A stretch of 64,000 nt of DNA from Chloroflexota bacterium (GCA_036821185.1 DAISKD010000001.1:367406-431405); one strand, 5' to 3'. Counted from the stretch's first letter, positions 49,793-61,657 are shown. A program made the numbers and translations. The notes: a model not told the origin generated them from the sequence alone.

Positions 49793-50899
49793 TTGCTTAC
49801 TCAGACGCCCTCTGCTATTATTAGCCAAGCCCCATATCTCAATAGCTGGATAAGGTTTAATGCAGTGGCTACCAGAGTAGGTGTAATCTACGACCCCATC
49901 TACTTGGAGCACGATACAAAGGACCACGTGGAAAACGCCCAGCGGCTAGTTGTTACCACCGCCCACATCCAGGAGACCTTTAAAGAAAAGCTCTATCACC
50001 TCTCACCGCGCCCTGCCACGCTGCAAGAGATCTCCGCTGTCCATGCCAGAGAATACATACTCCACATTAGAGAACAGGCAAGTAAAGGTGGTGGCTGGCT
50101 AGATCCAGATACAGTGACATCACCGGGATCGTACGACGCAGCCATCTATGCAGCCGGAGGTGCCATTACCGCCGTCGACGCAGTGTTGAACCGACAGGTC
50201 GATTGCGCTTTTGCACTTGTTAGGCCACCTGGACACCACGCCACGTGCTGGCAAGCTATGGGATTTTGCCTATTCAACAACATCGCAATAGCCGCGAAAT
50301 ATGCTTTGATGAACTTTGACATCAAGCGCATTCTGATCGTAGACTTTGACGTCCACCACGGAAACGGCACACAGGATGCTTTCTATGCGGACCCCCACGT
50401 GCTCTATTTCTCCACGCACCAGTACCCCCTGTTCCCGGGCACAGGCACCATCGACCAGACAGGTACCAAACAGGGCGAGGGTTTTACTGTCAATGTACCA
50501 CTACTGGCCGGGTGGGGCGATGAGGAATATCAAGCAGTCTTTGAAGATATATTAGCACCAATTGCACGCCGCTTTGAGCCCCAGCTTATAATGGTGTCCG
50601 CCGGCTATGATGCCCATTGGGCCGATCCGCTAGCACAGATGCAGGTGAGCGTATCTGGCTTCGTCCGTCTCGTGGAAATAACAAAGACACTGGCTGATAT
50701 GCTCTGTCAAGGAAAACTGGTACTAGTGCTCGAGGGCGGCTACCACCTGCAAGCCCTACCTTTTTCTGTGGGTGCTACACTTGCTATTCTCTCAGGTAAC
50801 AAGAGCTTCGACGACCCGCTGGGCAAGCCCCGAACAGCCACCCGATCCGCCCAGCTTCACCACTTCCTGCAAATGCTCAAACAAATACACCGTATCTGA
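49793..50899 (+). CDS. Histone-deacetylase-family protein (AcuC/acetylpolyamine amidohydrolase-like)
   Basis: IVDFDVHHGNGTQDAFY and the downstream active-site Tyr region GGYHLQ. The start is uncertain: a GTG at 49865 gives the conserved VGVIYDPIYLEHD start, while the ATG at 49793 is the longest ORF. Confidence 0.8.
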   Translation: MLTQTPSAIISQAPYLNSWIRFNAVATRVGVIYDPIYLEHDTKDHVENAQRLVVTTAHIQETFKEKLYHLSPRPATLQEISAVHAREYILHIREQASKGGGWLDPDTVTSPGSYDAAIYAAGGAITAVDAVLNRQVDCAFALVRPPGHHATCWQAMGFCLFNNIAIAAKYALMNFDIKRILIVDFDVHHGNGTQDAFYADPHVLYFSTHQYPLFPGTGTIDQTGTKQGEGFTVNVPLLAGWGDEEYQAVFEDILAPIARRFEPQLIMVSAGYDAHWADPLAQMQVSVSGFVRLVEITKTLADMLCQGKLVLVLEGGYHLQALPFSVGATLAILSGNKSFDDPLGKPRTATRSAQLHHFLQMLKQIHRI

Positions 50900-50903
50900 A
50901 TAA

Positions 50904-51833
50904 CTAAATAGGTCGCTGGGCTGGTTTTTTAGCCGGTCTTGTCCAGGACAAAAATCTACCCCACTCCCCTTTGTCCCACACCACCAATAGCTGTCCTGCT
51001 AGACAGATGGAGTTGTAAGTACCGGCCACCACGCCGATAAAAAGCACCAGTACAAAATACCGCAGCGTAACACCACCAAGAAGCAGAAGAGCAACGATTA
51101 CCAAAAGTGTTGTCAGACTCGTGTTCAGACACCGCCCCATTGTTTCCAGAATACTCGAGTTAACGGTAACTTCAAAGTCTCGGCTTATACCCCGGCTCAC
51201 ATTCTCCCTAATCCGATCAAAGACCACCACAATGTTATTTATGCTATAGCCGACTACCGTTAAGATGCCGGTTATAAACAACGAATCAATCTGGACTCCA
51301 GCGACCCAGCCTAAAATTGAGAATATCCCCAGAACCACTAGGACATCATGAGCCAATGCCACTATTGCCACCACCCCCCAACGGAACGGCTTAGGCATGC
51401 GCCTGAATGCCCAGGCGATGTACAGCATCATAAATATCGCGGCGACAACAACGGCAATAGCGGCATTTCGGGCAACTTCAGTAGCCAGCAGTGGCGAGAC
51501 TGTATACGCATCGCGTAAGGTTATCTTAGCCCCCAGTTTCTCTTCCAAACCTGCCAGTAACGCCTCGCGCTCCTCCAGCGATATCTCTCTAATACGAACA
51601 AATAGATCGCCTCCGCTCATGCTCTGGATCGTCGCTTCCCTGTAGCCCAGCCCTATCATCACCTCCCGCAGCTCTGCCTGCCTGACCTGTGATTCAAAAT
51701 GGAGGGTCATCGTGGTACCGCTGCTAAAATCAACGCCCAGATTGAGCCCAAAGGCCGCTAGCGAGATTATTCCAGGGATAATAATTATCCCCGATATCAG
51801 GAAAAAGCAAAACCTCTTGCCAACAATGTCCAT
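50904..51833 (-). CDS. secF: Protein translocase subunit SecF
   Basis: 309 aa, 6 TM segments with a periplasmic loop. It lies immediately downstream of secD on the same strand, and its C-terminal tail is basic. Confidence 0.88.
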   Translation of the reverse strand: MDIVGKRFCFFLISGIIIIPGIISLAAFGLNLGVDFSSGTTMTLHFESQVRQAELREVMIGLGYREATIQSMSGGDLFVRIREISLEEREALLAGLEEKLGAKITLRDAYTVSPLLATEVARNAAIAVVVAAIFMMLYIAWAFRRMPKPFRWGVVAIVALAHDVLVVLGIFSILGWVAGVQIDSLFITGILTVVGYSINNIVVVFDRIRENVSRGISRDFEVTVNSSILETMGRCLNTSLTTLLVIVALLLLGGVTLRYFVLVLFIGVVAGTYNSICLAGQLLVVWDKGEWGRFLSWTRPAKKPAQRPI

Positions 51834-51836
51834 CTC

Positions 51837-53153
51837 TTATACTCCGTAAGCGGCAGGACTGGAAATCGCTCGTGCCACCAATCGCAAGAACGACCTGGTC
51901 GTTACAATAGCTGAAAACATACTCAGAGCAACACCGATGAACAATACCAGAGCGAAGCCCCTAACCATAAAAGCACCCAAAGTGCCACCAAACCAGTATA
52001 AAATGAAACAGGCAATAAAAGTGGTGATATTGCTATCGCGTATAGCAGGCCAAGCACGTTTAAACCCTGCTTCCACCGCCGCTGCTAAAGTACGTCCTGA
52101 CCTCAACTCCTCCTTCATTCGCTCAAAGATAAGGACATTGGCATCGACCGCCATTCCTAATGACACGATGAAAGCTGCGATCCCGGGTAGAGTCAGAGTC
52201 ACTGGTACCAGTTTGAAAATGGTCAAAAGGAGAACTACATATATTACCAAGGCACAACTGGCAACAAGGCCGGGTAAGCGGTAATACGAAATCATGAACG
52301 CAACAATCAGGGCTGCGCCTACGATACCAGCGATCAGACTTTTCTTTAAGGAGTCAGCCCCCAGTGTGGCATCAACTCTTTGCTCTTGAATGATCTTTAG
52401 CGGCACATCAAGAGCACCGGAGTTGAGCTGTATTGCCAGCATTCTAGCCTCTTCAATATTCAGCCCGGTGATAACACCTCGCTCTTTTATCACGGCTTGA
52501 ACCGTGGGCCACGAGATAGGCTCACCGTCAAGATAAATGCCGAGGGGCTTATGAAGGTTGCGCTGCGTAATCTGCTCAAACAGAATGGCACCTTCGTCAG
52601 TCCACTCAAAAGCTACCTCGGGCTCGTTAGTTTGTGGATTAAGCACCACACTGGCATTTGGCTTAAGGTATTTACCTGTTAGCTCTCTTTCAACCCCGTC
52701 GCTGCCAGTAGCTTTGGCTACAGCTGTCCATTTCGGCTTTCCTTCCTCGTCGAACACCAGCCTGCCAGAAGCGTCCAGTTCCATTTCCCTGAAATCCAGC
52801 AGCGCCGTCTGCCCGATTAGTTTGATAGCTTCATCAACATCTTTCACCCCGGGAAGTTGCACCAGGATCCTATCATGTCCCTGCCGCTGGATTATGGGCT
52901 CCGTAACTCCGTAAGCATTGACACGCCTCTCGATCTTGGCCAGTACCCCCTTCATAACATCCTCATCGCTCTGCGAAGGGTCCTTGAGTGAAAGGTCAGC
53001 CTGGTAGACCAGGTGGCTACCACCACGCAGGTCAAGCCCTAGGACAAGCCCGTGTCTTCCCAGCCTCTCGCTGTCCCATGGCAGCAACACCCAAAGCCCA
53101 AAAGCAAAAAGTGCCAATATGAACAGGAACACATAAATATTACCGCGAGTCAT
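51837..53153 (-). CDS. secD: Protein translocase subunit SecD
   Basis: 438 aa with an N-terminal TM segment, a large periplasmic domain and the C-terminal 5-TM bundle typical of short SecD. Confidence 0.88.
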   Translation of the reverse strand: MTRGNIYVFLFILALFAFGLWVLLPWDSERLGRHGLVLGLDLRGGSHLVYQADLSLKDPSQSDEDVMKGVLAKIERRVNAYGVTEPIIQRQGHDRILVQLPGVKDVDEAIKLIGQTALLDFREMELDASGRLVFDEEGKPKWTAVAKATGSDGVERELTGKYLKPNASVVLNPQTNEPEVAFEWTDEGAILFEQITQRNLHKPLGIYLDGEPISWPTVQAVIKERGVITGLNIEEARMLAIQLNSGALDVPLKIIQEQRVDATLGADSLKKSLIAGIVGAALIVAFMISYYRLPGLVASCALVIYVVLLLTIFKLVPVTLTLPGIAAFIVSLGMAVDANVLIFERMKEELRSGRTLAAAVEAGFKRAWPAIRDSNITTFIACFILYWFGGTLGAFMVRGFALVLFIGVALSMFSAIVTTRSFLRLVARAISSPAAYGV

Positions 53154-53168
53154 GTTTGCTCCTTGTTA

Positions 53169-54665
53169 CTAACAAGCCGAACCACACTGTCGCTCCTCCA
53201 AGAGCTTACGCACCAGCTCTATTGCCTCTTCACGCGTAGTCACATCGCCAGCCGCTTGTGCTTCTCGGACCTCGGCTAAAAGCTCACCGATAAGCCTACC
53301 CGGCCTCAAGGCAAAAATGGCCATCAGGTCATTCCCATCAACCAATTTGACCGGCAACATGGTCTTCTGCTGCTTACTATACTCGTTCAATATATAGCCA
53401 ACCAGTTGGTTGTGCCGCTTCCATTCCTCAACATCAAGCCTCGGCCCTTGTGTGGCCAGAAAATCAGCCAGAGCCAAGAATAGTACGTCGACTCCTGCCC
53501 CTTCTGTATCGCGGAAAAAACGATAGATAGCCCGGCTGGTAGGTGGACCATCGCTAGCCATCTGCACAGGACGCAGATGATTGTAAACTAGCTTTTCTAC
53601 CAGTCGCACCTCCCGATTACTAAAACGTAGCCGTTCCAGAGCTGAAGCTACCATGACAGCGCCCTGCTTCGTGTGGCCTATAAAACGCACCCTCCCCGTC
53701 TGGTCAACCGTCTTAGTTGCCGGTTTAGCCACATCATGCAATAGCCCTCCCAGTTTAAGAAGCAGCCTTCTGGTGCTGCCACCGGACACCCCCGTATCAA
53801 AATGCGCTTTCAACTCGTCAGACCAGGGTACCTGATCTAATAGTATATCACTACCGTACTTCCAGGGAGACTCACGTAGCAAAAACTCCACCGCTGCCAC
53901 TGTCTCTACAGAATGTTGAAAGACGTCCCAGTAATGCTCCTTGGGCTGCTCCACATTCTTCATCCACTCAACTTCAGGAAAGATCTGGCTTAACAGGCTC
54001 AGGCTGTCCATATATTTCAGCAAATCGGCGCTGCCAGGGAGAACCATCATCCGCAGCAGCTCTTCCCTGATACGTTCGCCTGCTACCGAAGCCACCAGCT
54101 TAGAATTCTTCCCAATCAAAGCTTCGGTATTCGGCTCTATTCCAAATTTGAGCTCATGTGTCAGCCTCACTGCCCGGAGCAATCGCGCAGCATCCTTTTC
54201 AAACGTGTCCGGGCTGACAGCCCGTATCACCTTAGCTATCAAGTCCGCCCTACCTGAAAAAGGATCGACGATTTCCCCCACACCGTTAGAGATAAACTCC
54301 TGCAACCCGACAGCCATCGCATTCACAGTAAAATCCCGCCTTGCCAGGTCGTCTTCGATGTCGCCAGAGAAAGAGGTGAAGTCTATGTGCCACTGCTTAC
54401 CATCCCTATCAACTACCACCCGGAATACATTATTAACGTCATCTAGCAAGAATAACTTGCCCTCCATAGCCCTAGCTACCTCAGTCGCCATATCCTGACA
54501 CTCGCCGCGTATAGTAATATCGATATCAACGGTCTCCCTTCCCAGCAACCAGTCACGGATAAACCCACCAACGAGATAAGCCCGACAACTCCGCTGTGAT
54601 AACACAGCAGAGATGTCCATGAGTAGACCACAGATATCCTTGCTCATTGCACGTACAGCCGACAA
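53169..54665 (-). CDS. cca: CCA-adding tRNA nucleotidyltransferase / poly(A) polymerase family with C-terminal HD domain
   Basis: Pol-beta head motif AYLVGGFIRDWLLGRETVDIDI, a RRDFTVNA-type motif (RRDFTVNAMAV) and a later HD region (LLHDVAKP). 498 aa. Confidence 0.85.
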   Translation of the reverse strand: MSAVRAMSKDICGLLMDISAVLSQRSCRAYLVGGFIRDWLLGRETVDIDITIRGECQDMATEVARAMEGKLFLLDDVNNVFRVVVDRDGKQWHIDFTSFSGDIEDDLARRDFTVNAMAVGLQEFISNGVGEIVDPFSGRADLIAKVIRAVSPDTFEKDAARLLRAVRLTHELKFGIEPNTEALIGKNSKLVASVAGERIREELLRMMVLPGSADLLKYMDSLSLLSQIFPEVEWMKNVEQPKEHYWDVFQHSVETVAAVEFLLRESPWKYGSDILLDQVPWSDELKAHFDTGVSGGSTRRLLLKLGGLLHDVAKPATKTVDQTGRVRFIGHTKQGAVMVASALERLRFSNREVRLVEKLVYNHLRPVQMASDGPPTSRAIYRFFRDTEGAGVDVLFLALADFLATQGPRLDVEEWKRHNQLVGYILNEYSKQQKTMLPVKLVDGNDLMAIFALRPGRLIGELLAEVREAQAAGDVTTREEAIELVRKLLEERQCGSAC

Positions 54666-54765
54666 ATTATATCCCGAGCCTTGGCTTCTGTAAAGGGTGA
54701 CTTGAGCATCACATAATCACACTATACAGACAAGACCCCCACTCTTCAATAAGGCTGGCAACTGA

Positions 54766-54774
54766 TGTTATAAT
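54766..54774 (+). promoter_or_regulatory. Extended -10 promoter element TGtTATAAT upstream of ppsA
   Basis: TG at 54766-54767 and TATAAT at 54769-54774. The -35 (ttcaat) is weak, which fits an extended -10 promoter. The ppsA ATG at 54808 follows an AAGGAG Shine-Dalgarno sequence. Confidence 0.4.
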
Positions 54775-54807
54775 TAAGAATCACCACAATCCTTTCGAAG
54801 GAGTGTA

Positions 54808-57075
54808 ATGAAGCAAGGCATGCAATACATAGTCTGGTTTAACGAAGTGAATAAAGACGACATTCGTCTCGTGGGAGGCAAAGGTGCAAATTTGGGGGAA
54901 ATGGTGTCTGCCCGCATCCCGGTACCACCAGGATTTATTGTAACCTCAGAGGCATACTTTGAATTTTTAAGGGCAAGCGGACTAGCAAAGGAAATTAGAA
55001 AACTTTTAGAAAACCTCGATGTAAACGATAGCAAAAAGCTCCAGCAAGTGTCCGATGCTACCAAAGCTAAATTTACCGCGCTGTCCATACCGGATGACTT
55101 GGCTAGGCAGATAAAAACTGCCTACCGCAAGCTGGGGGGTGGCATGGTAGCAGTGCGCTCATCAGCAACTGCTGAGGACCTCCCCGAGGCTTCGTTTGCT
55201 GGGCAACAGCGCACCTTCCTCAATGTAGAAGGTGAAGATGCAGTAGTAGCCGCAGTGCTGGGCTGTTGGGCTTCTCTTTTCGAGTCCAGGGCTATCTTTT
55301 ATCGACAGCAACATGGATTCGACCATTTTAAGGTCGGCATCGCAGTGCCAGTACAAAAGATGGTCCAGTCAGAAGCCTCAGGCGTAATGTTCACCACCGA
55401 GCCTGTAACAAACGATAACACAAAGATCCTTATAGAGGCGATCTACGGGCTAGGCGAAGCCATCGTCTCGGGAGACGTCACACCTGACCAGTACTTAGTG
55501 GACAAGGCGAAGTGGGAAATAGTTGAAAAAAAGATCGCCCGCCAAGAGTGGCAACTGGTAAGAGACACCGGGAAGCCAGCGAAAGAGCTGGAGCTCACTA
55601 TCAAAGTGCCAGTTCCCGCCTCTAGGCAAAACGAGCAAAAGCTGGGGGACAAAGACATAATCGCTCTTGCCAAAATAGGCAAAATGATCGAAGACCACTA
55701 CAATGTCCCTCAAGATATAGAGTGGGCAACGGAGAATGGACAGTTGTTCATCCTCCAGGCCCGTCCCATCACCACCCTGAAGCCCAGGGAGGAAAAGGTT
55801 TTAGCAAGACCCAAAATCGAGGCTGAACCGCTTCTGAGCGGTCTTTCAGCCAGCCCGGGGATAGCTGTTGGGCCAGCAAGGATTGTCCCCGATGCCTCAC
55901 ACATAGATAAAGTACAGCATGGGGACATTCTGGTAGCCGAAATGACAACGCCTGACTTTGTACCGGCAATGAAACGCGCTGCCGCCATAGTGACCGACCG
56001 CGGAGGCCGGACCGCACACGCCGCTATCGTTAGCCGCGAACTGGGAATTCCTTGCGTGGTCGGCACCGAGACGGCAACCAAGCTCCTTAGCGATGGTCAG
56101 GTGATCACCGTCGATGGATACGAAGGCAAAGTGTACAACGGAAAGGTCGTCGAACCGGTGACAGCACCAACCGTGATTACCAAGGAACACATCAAGACTC
56201 GCACCAGGGTTTATGTAAATCTGGCGGAACCTGAGCTGGCAGAGGTAATCGCCAAGCGAAATGTAGACGGGGTCGGGTTGCTCAGAGCCGAGTTTATGAT
56301 CGCCCAGATAGGTGCCCATCCTAGATACATGTTGCATGAAGGAAAAGGCGAACAGTTTATTGAAATGCTAGCTCGGGGTATCAACACCTTCACCAAGGCA
56401 TTCCACCCTCGTCCTGTGGTATATAGGACTACTGACTTCAAGACCAACGAATACAGAAATCTACGCGGAGGCGAAAGGTACGAGGAGTTTGAAGAGAACC
56501 CAATGCTTGGCTATCGTGGGTGCTCCAGGTACACCCACGAGATCGAGGTCTTCAGACTAGAAGTCGAAGCTATCAAAAGGGTCTGCCAGAACTACGACAA
56601 CTTGTATGTCATGATACCCTTTGTCCGCTTCGTCGATGAGATGACGAAAATAAAACGGTTCTTTGTAGCCGAAGGGCTGTACCAGTTCCCCAATTTCAAG
56701 CTATGGATGATGGCCGAGGTGCCCTCGAACGTGTTTTTGATAGACAAGTTCCTCGATGTTGGAATAGACGGCATCTCTATCGGCTCAAACGACCTGACCC
56801 AGCTAATTCTGGGCATAGACAGGGATAACCCCAAGCTAGCACCTGTTTTTGACGAACGAAACGAGGCGGTGCTACTAGCCATAGAAAAAATCATCAGGAC
56901 ATGCACCAATAAAGGGGTCACCTCCTCAATCTGCGGACAAGCGCCTTCTGTCTATCCCGAACTCACCGAGAAACTGGTAGGGTGGGGGATTACCTCAGTT
57001 TCCGTCAGCCCCGACATGATCGAAGAGACAAGGCGCATCATCGCCGCCGCCGAGGCAAAGTTAAACCTATCTTAG
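54808..57075 (+). CDS. ppsA: Phosphoenolpyruvate synthase (pyruvate, water dikinase)
   Basis: N-terminal ATP-grasp with LVGGKGANLGEM, the phospho-histidine motif GGRTAHAAIVSRELGIPCVVG, and a C-terminal PEP-utilizing TIM barrel. 755 aa. Confidence 0.85.
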   Translation: MKQGMQYIVWFNEVNKDDIRLVGGKGANLGEMVSARIPVPPGFIVTSEAYFEFLRASGLAKEIRKLLENLDVNDSKKLQQVSDATKAKFTALSIPDDLARQIKTAYRKLGGGMVAVRSSATAEDLPEASFAGQQRTFLNVEGEDAVVAAVLGCWASLFESRAIFYRQQHGFDHFKVGIAVPVQKMVQSEASGVMFTTEPVTNDNTKILIEAIYGLGEAIVSGDVTPDQYLVDKAKWEIVEKKIARQEWQLVRDTGKPAKELELTIKVPVPASRQNEQKLGDKDIIALAKIGKMIEDHYNVPQDIEWATENGQLFILQARPITTLKPREEKVLARPKIEAEPLLSGLSASPGIAVGPARIVPDASHIDKVQHGDILVAEMTTPDFVPAMKRAAAIVTDRGGRTAHAAIVSRELGIPCVVGTETATKLLSDGQVITVDGYEGKVYNGKVVEPVTAPTVITKEHIKTRTRVYVNLAEPELAEVIAKRNVDGVGLLRAEFMIAQIGAHPRYMLHEGKGEQFIEMLARGINTFTKAFHPRPVVYRTTDFKTNEYRNLRGGERYEEFEENPMLGYRGCSRYTHEIEVFRLEVEAIKRVCQNYDNLYVMIPFVRFVDEMTKIKRFFVAEGLYQFPNFKLWMMAEVPSNVFLIDKFLDVGIDGISIGSNDLTQLILGIDRDNPKLAPVFDERNEAVLLAIEKIIRTCTNKGVTSSICGQAPSVYPELTEKLVGWGITSVSVSPDMIEETRRIIAAAEAKLNLS

Positions 57076-57100
57076 CCTCGACAAGCAGAGCTGTACTGCA

Positions 57101-58150
57101 TTGAAATTCATGACAACCGAACTGAACATCCGTCAGCGGATAGAAGGGTCTGAAGCAGCTCTTTCTCCCTTTGCTGCAAAAAGCAGACTTAGCAAAGGCA
57201 GACTCAGGTGGGAAGAGCCCTGTCCTATAAGGACAGACTTTCAGAGAGATCGCGACCGCATTATCCATTGCAACGCGTTTCGTCGGCTCAAACACAAGAC
57301 ACAGGTGTTTATCATGCCCTTGGGCGATCACTATGTGACGCGGCTAACACACACTTTAGAAGTCGCGCAAATTGCACGCACCATCGCCAGAGCTTTGAGC
57401 CTTAACGAAGACCTTACGGAAGCCATCGCCCTAGGCCATGACCTCGGACACACTCCGTTTGGTCATATCGGTGAACAGGTACTGAATGAACTGTGCCCCT
57501 TTGGTTTTAGACATAATGAACAAAGCCTCAGAGTGGTCGACGTCCTGGAAAAAGACGGCCAGGGGTTAAACCTCACCTGGGAAACACGGGACGGTATCCT
57601 GAACCACTCCAAAGGCGGAATCGAGATACTCGGGGAAGGATGGACTGACGCGGGAACTCTCGAAGGTCAAGTGGTGAAGATAGCAGACGTAGTCGCTTAC
57701 GTCAACCACGACGTCACCGATGCCATCAGGGCTGGGGTAATCTCCGAAAAAGATTTGCCCCACTCGGTTATTCACATGCTGGGCACCACGCCTTCACAGC
57801 GTATCAATACTCTGGTTACTGATATCATTACCTATTCGCTCGCCCGCATGAGCCAGCCTGGCACCATCAGGCCCAAGATCGGCATGACAGACAAAATACT
57901 ACAGTTGACCAACAGGCTCCGTGAATTCCTTTTCGAAAAGGTGTACAATCCAACCCTGTTTACCGAGGAGACACAAAGAGCGCGCCAGGCCATATACACC
58001 TTATTTTCGTATTTTCTGAAACACGAGGACCAGTTGCCCAAAGAATATCGAATGCAGGATGTCCCTGTCGAAAGAAAGGTTACCGACTACATCGCTGGTA
58101 TGACAGACCAATATGCCTTAAGGATCGCAAGGGAAATTGGCAGCTGTTGA
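57101..58150 (+). CDS. dGTP triphosphohydrolase-like HD-domain protein
   Basis: TRLTHTLEVAQIARTIARAL and HDLGHTPFGH are dGTPase-family HD motifs. The position upstream of dnaG is the classical dgt-dnaG-rpoD arrangement. Confidence 0.8.
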   Translation: MKFMTTELNIRQRIEGSEAALSPFAAKSRLSKGRLRWEEPCPIRTDFQRDRDRIIHCNAFRRLKHKTQVFIMPLGDHYVTRLTHTLEVAQIARTIARALSLNEDLTEAIALGHDLGHTPFGHIGEQVLNELCPFGFRHNEQSLRVVDVLEKDGQGLNLTWETRDGILNHSKGGIEILGEGWTDAGTLEGQVVKIADVVAYVNHDVTDAIRAGVISEKDLPHSVIHMLGTTPSQRINTLVTDIITYSLARMSQPGTIRPKIGMTDKILQLTNRLREFLFEKVYNPTLFTEETQRARQAIYTLFSYFLKHEDQLPKEYRMQDVPVERKVTDYIAGMTDQYALRIAREIGSC

Positions 58151-58198
58151 GTTCCGGCGTAATATTATGTAAAATACTTCTTGTTGTGGACTCATACT

Positions 58199-60070
58199 AT
58201 GAATGCCATTGAGGAAATAAAGCAGAGGCTTGACATCGTACAGGTGGTGTCTGATTATGTGCCTCTACAAAGATCGGGTAGAAACTACCGGGCACTATGC
58301 CCTTTCCACCCCGAGAAAAACCCTTCGTTCTTTGTTTTTCCCGATAGACAGAGCTGGCACTGTTTTGGAGCTTGTAATACTGGCGGCGATATTTTCTCGT
58401 TCGTGATGAGAAAGGAAGGCGTCGACTTTAGCGAAGCGCTCAAACTACTAGCCATCAAAGCAGGAGTAGACCTGGCTACACCCTCTGGCCGCGGTAGAAA
58501 GGACAGTAGGAACGAAGAGGAAAAAATCTTTAAAATTAACGAGGCTGCCGCTGCTTTTTACCATGACCTGCTGCTAAGCACTTCCGCAGGAGAAACTGTG
58601 AGACATTATCTTAAACAAAGGGGCCTATCGCTTGAAACCATCAGGAACTTCCAGCTAGGCCTCAGTCCTGAAGGTTGGGAAACACTTAAAAACCGCTTAC
58701 TGAACGAAGGCTATGGGGAAAACGAACTTCTGGCAGCGGGTTTGCTTGTAGAGCAGGAGGACAAGCGCACCCGCGACAGATTCCACAACAGACTGATGTT
58801 CCCCATAAGAAACATTGATGGTAAGCTTGTGGGCTTCGGCGCTAGGGCATTGGACGATTCTATGCCCAAATATCTTAACTCACCCCAGACGAGTGTCTTC
58901 GATAAGAGCAGCGTCCTTTACGGCATCGACAGGGCAAAACAGGCGATCCGACAAAACAACCAGGCCATTATCGTTGAAGGCTACATGGATGTGTTAATAG
59001 CACACCAGTACGGATGGCAGAATGTGGTCGCTTCCATGGGGACCTCCATTACGGAGAGACAACTCACCGCCCTCAAAAACTTGACCCGGAACCTTGTTAT
59101 CGCGCTTGACCCAGATACCGCCGGAACAGAGGCCATCTTTAGGGGCGGAGAGATGGTAGATAAAATCATCCCGTTTTCACCAGCAGTGTACGGCTGGGTC
59201 AAGTATGAAGATGCATATAAAGCAGAGGTAAAAGCAGTGCTACTCCCTCAGAATAAAGACCCGGACGAGATAATTCAGGAAAACCCTGAATTATGGCGCA
59301 ACGTTATAGAAAACGCCAGACCAGTCATCGACTTCATATTTGAGACTTTCGCTGCAAGAGCTAATCTGGGGGATGCAACACAAAAATCGCTATTGGTAGA
59401 AAAATTTACACCGCTGTTGCTTGAAATGAGGGACCCTGTAAGACAAGCGCATTATGTGGAAAGACTTGCTCGCCATCTCAAAATTGACCAGCGCGCCCTA
59501 GAAGACGCTTTAAGAAAGGCAAAAGCACAGCGAAAGGCATCGCCCAAAGGGCGCACTCCGGAAACCGCCCCGAAATACCACAGCCCAACTATTCCTAGTC
59601 CCGCTCCAGTAGAACAATACTGTCTAGCACTCCTACTACAATATCCGGAACTCAGAGCGGAAGTTAGCGAGCTATCGCCTGATTGCTTCGAACAAAGCGA
59701 AAACCGAGAGCTTTTCCTCAGGTGGCAACAGTGCGCCGAGATTACCCAACTTAAAGAAAAACTGGATGTTGCTTTGCGAGAATACATGGAAAAACTACTC
59801 TCTAAAGAACTTCCACCGGTAATTCGTGAGAGCCAGAACTTGCAACGCCATGCTCTGCAGGACTGCATAATTCGGCTTCATGAGAAAAGACTTAGAAACC
59901 TGGAAATCAAGAGACGGGAACTGCTAGCTGCAGAGGCTGAGACAGGAGGTATAGACGCCGAGCTAGCAAGACTTGAGGAACAGGGGATAGAGATAAGTAG
60001 AAAGCTGAAAGAGATTTTCAGCCAGCAAAACAACCTTCACCAGCAATTGAGCAGGAGGGGAAGTAAATGA
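58199..60070 (+). CDS. dnaG: DNA primase
   Basis: Zn-ribbon [14 protein letters not shown]...WHCFGC and TOPRIM motifs ([17 protein letters not shown]). I chose the ATG at 58199 ([14 protein letters not shown], the canonical DnaG start) over the upstream TTG at 58181. Confidence 0.9.
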   Translation: MNAIEEIKQRLDIVQVVSDYVPLQRSGRNYRALCPFHPEKNPSFFVFPDRQSWHCFGACNTGGDIFSFVMRKEGVDFSEALKLLAIKAGVDLATPSGRGRKDSRNEEEKIFKINEAAAAFYHDLLLSTSAGETVRHYLKQRGLSLETIRNFQLGLSPEGWETLKNRLLNEGYGENELLAAGLLVEQEDKRTRDRFHNRLMFPIRNIDGKLVGFGARALDDSMPKYLNSPQTSVFDKSSVLYGIDRAKQAIRQNNQAIIVEGYMDVLIAHQYGWQNVVASMGTSITERQLTALKNLTRNLVIALDPDTAGTEAIFRGGEMVDKIIPFSPAVYGWVKYEDAYKAEVKAVLLPQNKDPDEIIQENPELWRNVIENARPVIDFIFETFAARANLGDATQKSLLVEKFTPLLLEMRDPVRQAHYVERLARHLKIDQRALEDALRKAKAQRKASPKGRTPETAPKYHSPTIPSPAPVEQYCLALLLQYPELRAEVSELSPDCFEQSENRELFLRWQQCAEITQLKEKLDVALREYMEKLLSKELPPVIRESQNLQRHALQDCIIRLHEKRLRNLEIKRRELLAAEAETGGIDAELARLEEQGIEISRKLKEIFSQQNNLHQQLSRRGSK

Positions 60071-61629
60071 AAAATGCACAAAACGACAAGGAACTGTTAT
60101 CGTTTTTCCCCTCTAAGAGCAAAAAGCAAAAGGGGGGACACGAAGCTGAGAAGGTAGATGCAGATGCATTTCCCGCATTGGACAAGCCCGAACCTGAAAT
60201 CGTGGTGAATGGTGACCCTTTGGCACAACCATTGTGGGGGGAGACTGACGTTCTAGAAGAGCCCGATAATGAGTGGATAACCAAGCTAGAAAAAGAAGAA
60301 AAACCGCTTTTAGAAGCCGAGGTAGAGCACATCGAACGTGAGGCAATCGATGACCCGGTTCGAATGTACTTACATGAGATCGGCAAAGTTGCCCTGCTCA
60401 CCGCAGAAGATGAAAAAATCCTAGCAAGCAAAATAGAGGAGGCGAAATACCTGGAAAAAATCGAAAGCCTCTATCTCCAACAATATCAGGAATACCCTTC
60501 ACCCGCAGAGATAATAATCTACCTGTTGCGCCATATGCTGGCAGCACAGCCGGTTATAGACACACTGATGAAACAATTGGGCATCAAGTCTCGCGACAAT
60601 TTCATCACAAGCATTCGCAACCCAAAACTGCGAGCAGCTATAGACGGAGTAATAGACCCGACGACGGTCGAAAACATCGCCACTAAGCTTGGTAAAGATA
60701 AAGCAGAGATCGAACAAACTCTGATCGATCTTTCCATCGATAGCAGGCTGCTGCCCCCGCAGGTACTGGAGCTGTTTGACAAGGACACCACTTGGAAGAA
60801 ATTGAAAGATTTGGTCGAAGAACCCATGGATACCGCCTTTTACTCTGCTCTTCAGTCGCTGAACCACGAACTCAAACGTCACTTTGACAACATTCATAAG
60901 GAGGCAAGAAAGGCGGAAAAACACCTTACCGAAGCAAACCTTCGCCTCGTAGTCAGCGTAGCCAAGAAATATGTAGGGCATGGTATGCCACTTCTGGACT
61001 TAATACAGGAAGGGAATATCGGCCTGGTAAGGGCAGTCGAAAAATTCGAGTATCGAAAGGGCTACAAATTCAGTACCTATGCTACCTGGTGGATTAGACA
61101 GGCCATTACCAGAGCTATAGCTGATCAAGCCAGGACCATTCGTATACCAGTGCATATGGTCGAGACCATCAACAGGCTCCTAAAAGTAAATAGACGCCTC
61201 GCCCAAGAGTTTGGCCGCGAACCTAGCTATGAGGAAATCGGTAAAGGAATGGAAATTTCTTCTGAAAGAGTGAGGGAGATTATGAAACTGTCCCAGATGC
61301 CAATATCCCTGGAAATGCCCATCGGGGAAGACGAAGATAGCCACCTCGGTGACTTCATCGAGGATCGTGCCACCCCTCCACCAGCTGAGGCCGCCTCTCA
61401 GGAACTGTTAAAAGCACAACTAAATAAGATATTGTCCGAACTCACCGAAAGGGAAAGAAGGGTCGTCTCACTGAGATTCGGACTTGAAGATGGCCGCGCC
61501 CGTACCTTGGAAGAGGTGGGTAAAGAATTCAACGTGACTCGCGAGCGGATCCGCCAGATTGAGGCAAAGGCGCTGCGTAAATTGCGACATCCAACACGCA
61601 GCCGAAGGTTAAAAGACTATCTGGAGTAG
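60067..61629 (+). CDS. rpoD: RNA polymerase primary sigma factor (sigma70 family)
   Basis: Region 2.4 [27 protein letters not shown] and region 4 [30 protein letters not shown]. Overlaps the dnaG stop by 4 bp. Confidence 0.95.
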   Translation: MKNAQNDKELLSFFPSKSKKQKGGHEAEKVDADAFPALDKPEPEIVVNGDPLAQPLWGETDVLEEPDNEWITKLEKEEKPLLEAEVEHIEREAIDDPVRMYLHEIGKVALLTAEDEKILASKIEEAKYLEKIESLYLQQYQEYPSPAEIIIYLLRHMLAAQPVIDTLMKQLGIKSRDNFITSIRNPKLRAAIDGVIDPTTVENIATKLGKDKAEIEQTLIDLSIDSRLLPPQVLELFDKDTTWKKLKDLVEEPMDTAFYSALQSLNHELKRHFDNIHKEARKAEKHLTEANLRLVVSVAKKYVGHGMPLLDLIQEGNIGLVRAVEKFEYRKGYKFSTYATWWIRQAITRAIADQARTIRIPVHMVETINRLLKVNRRLAQEFGREPSYEEIGKGMEISSERVREIMKLSQMPISLEMPIGEDEDSHLGDFIEDRATPPPAEAASQELLKAQLNKILSELTERERRVVSLRFGLEDGRARTLEEVGKEFNVTRERIRQIEAKALRKLRHPTRSRRLKDYLE

Positions 61630-61657
61630 ACCGACCACACCTCCAAGGAGATATAGC

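Noticed and set aside
50897-50940. Rho-independent terminator after the HDAC gene (a T-run at 50925-50930)
   Set aside because: The T-run lies inside the C-terminal coding sequence of the convergent secF gene, and no clean GC-rich hairpin precedes it. It is probably coding sequence rather than a terminator.
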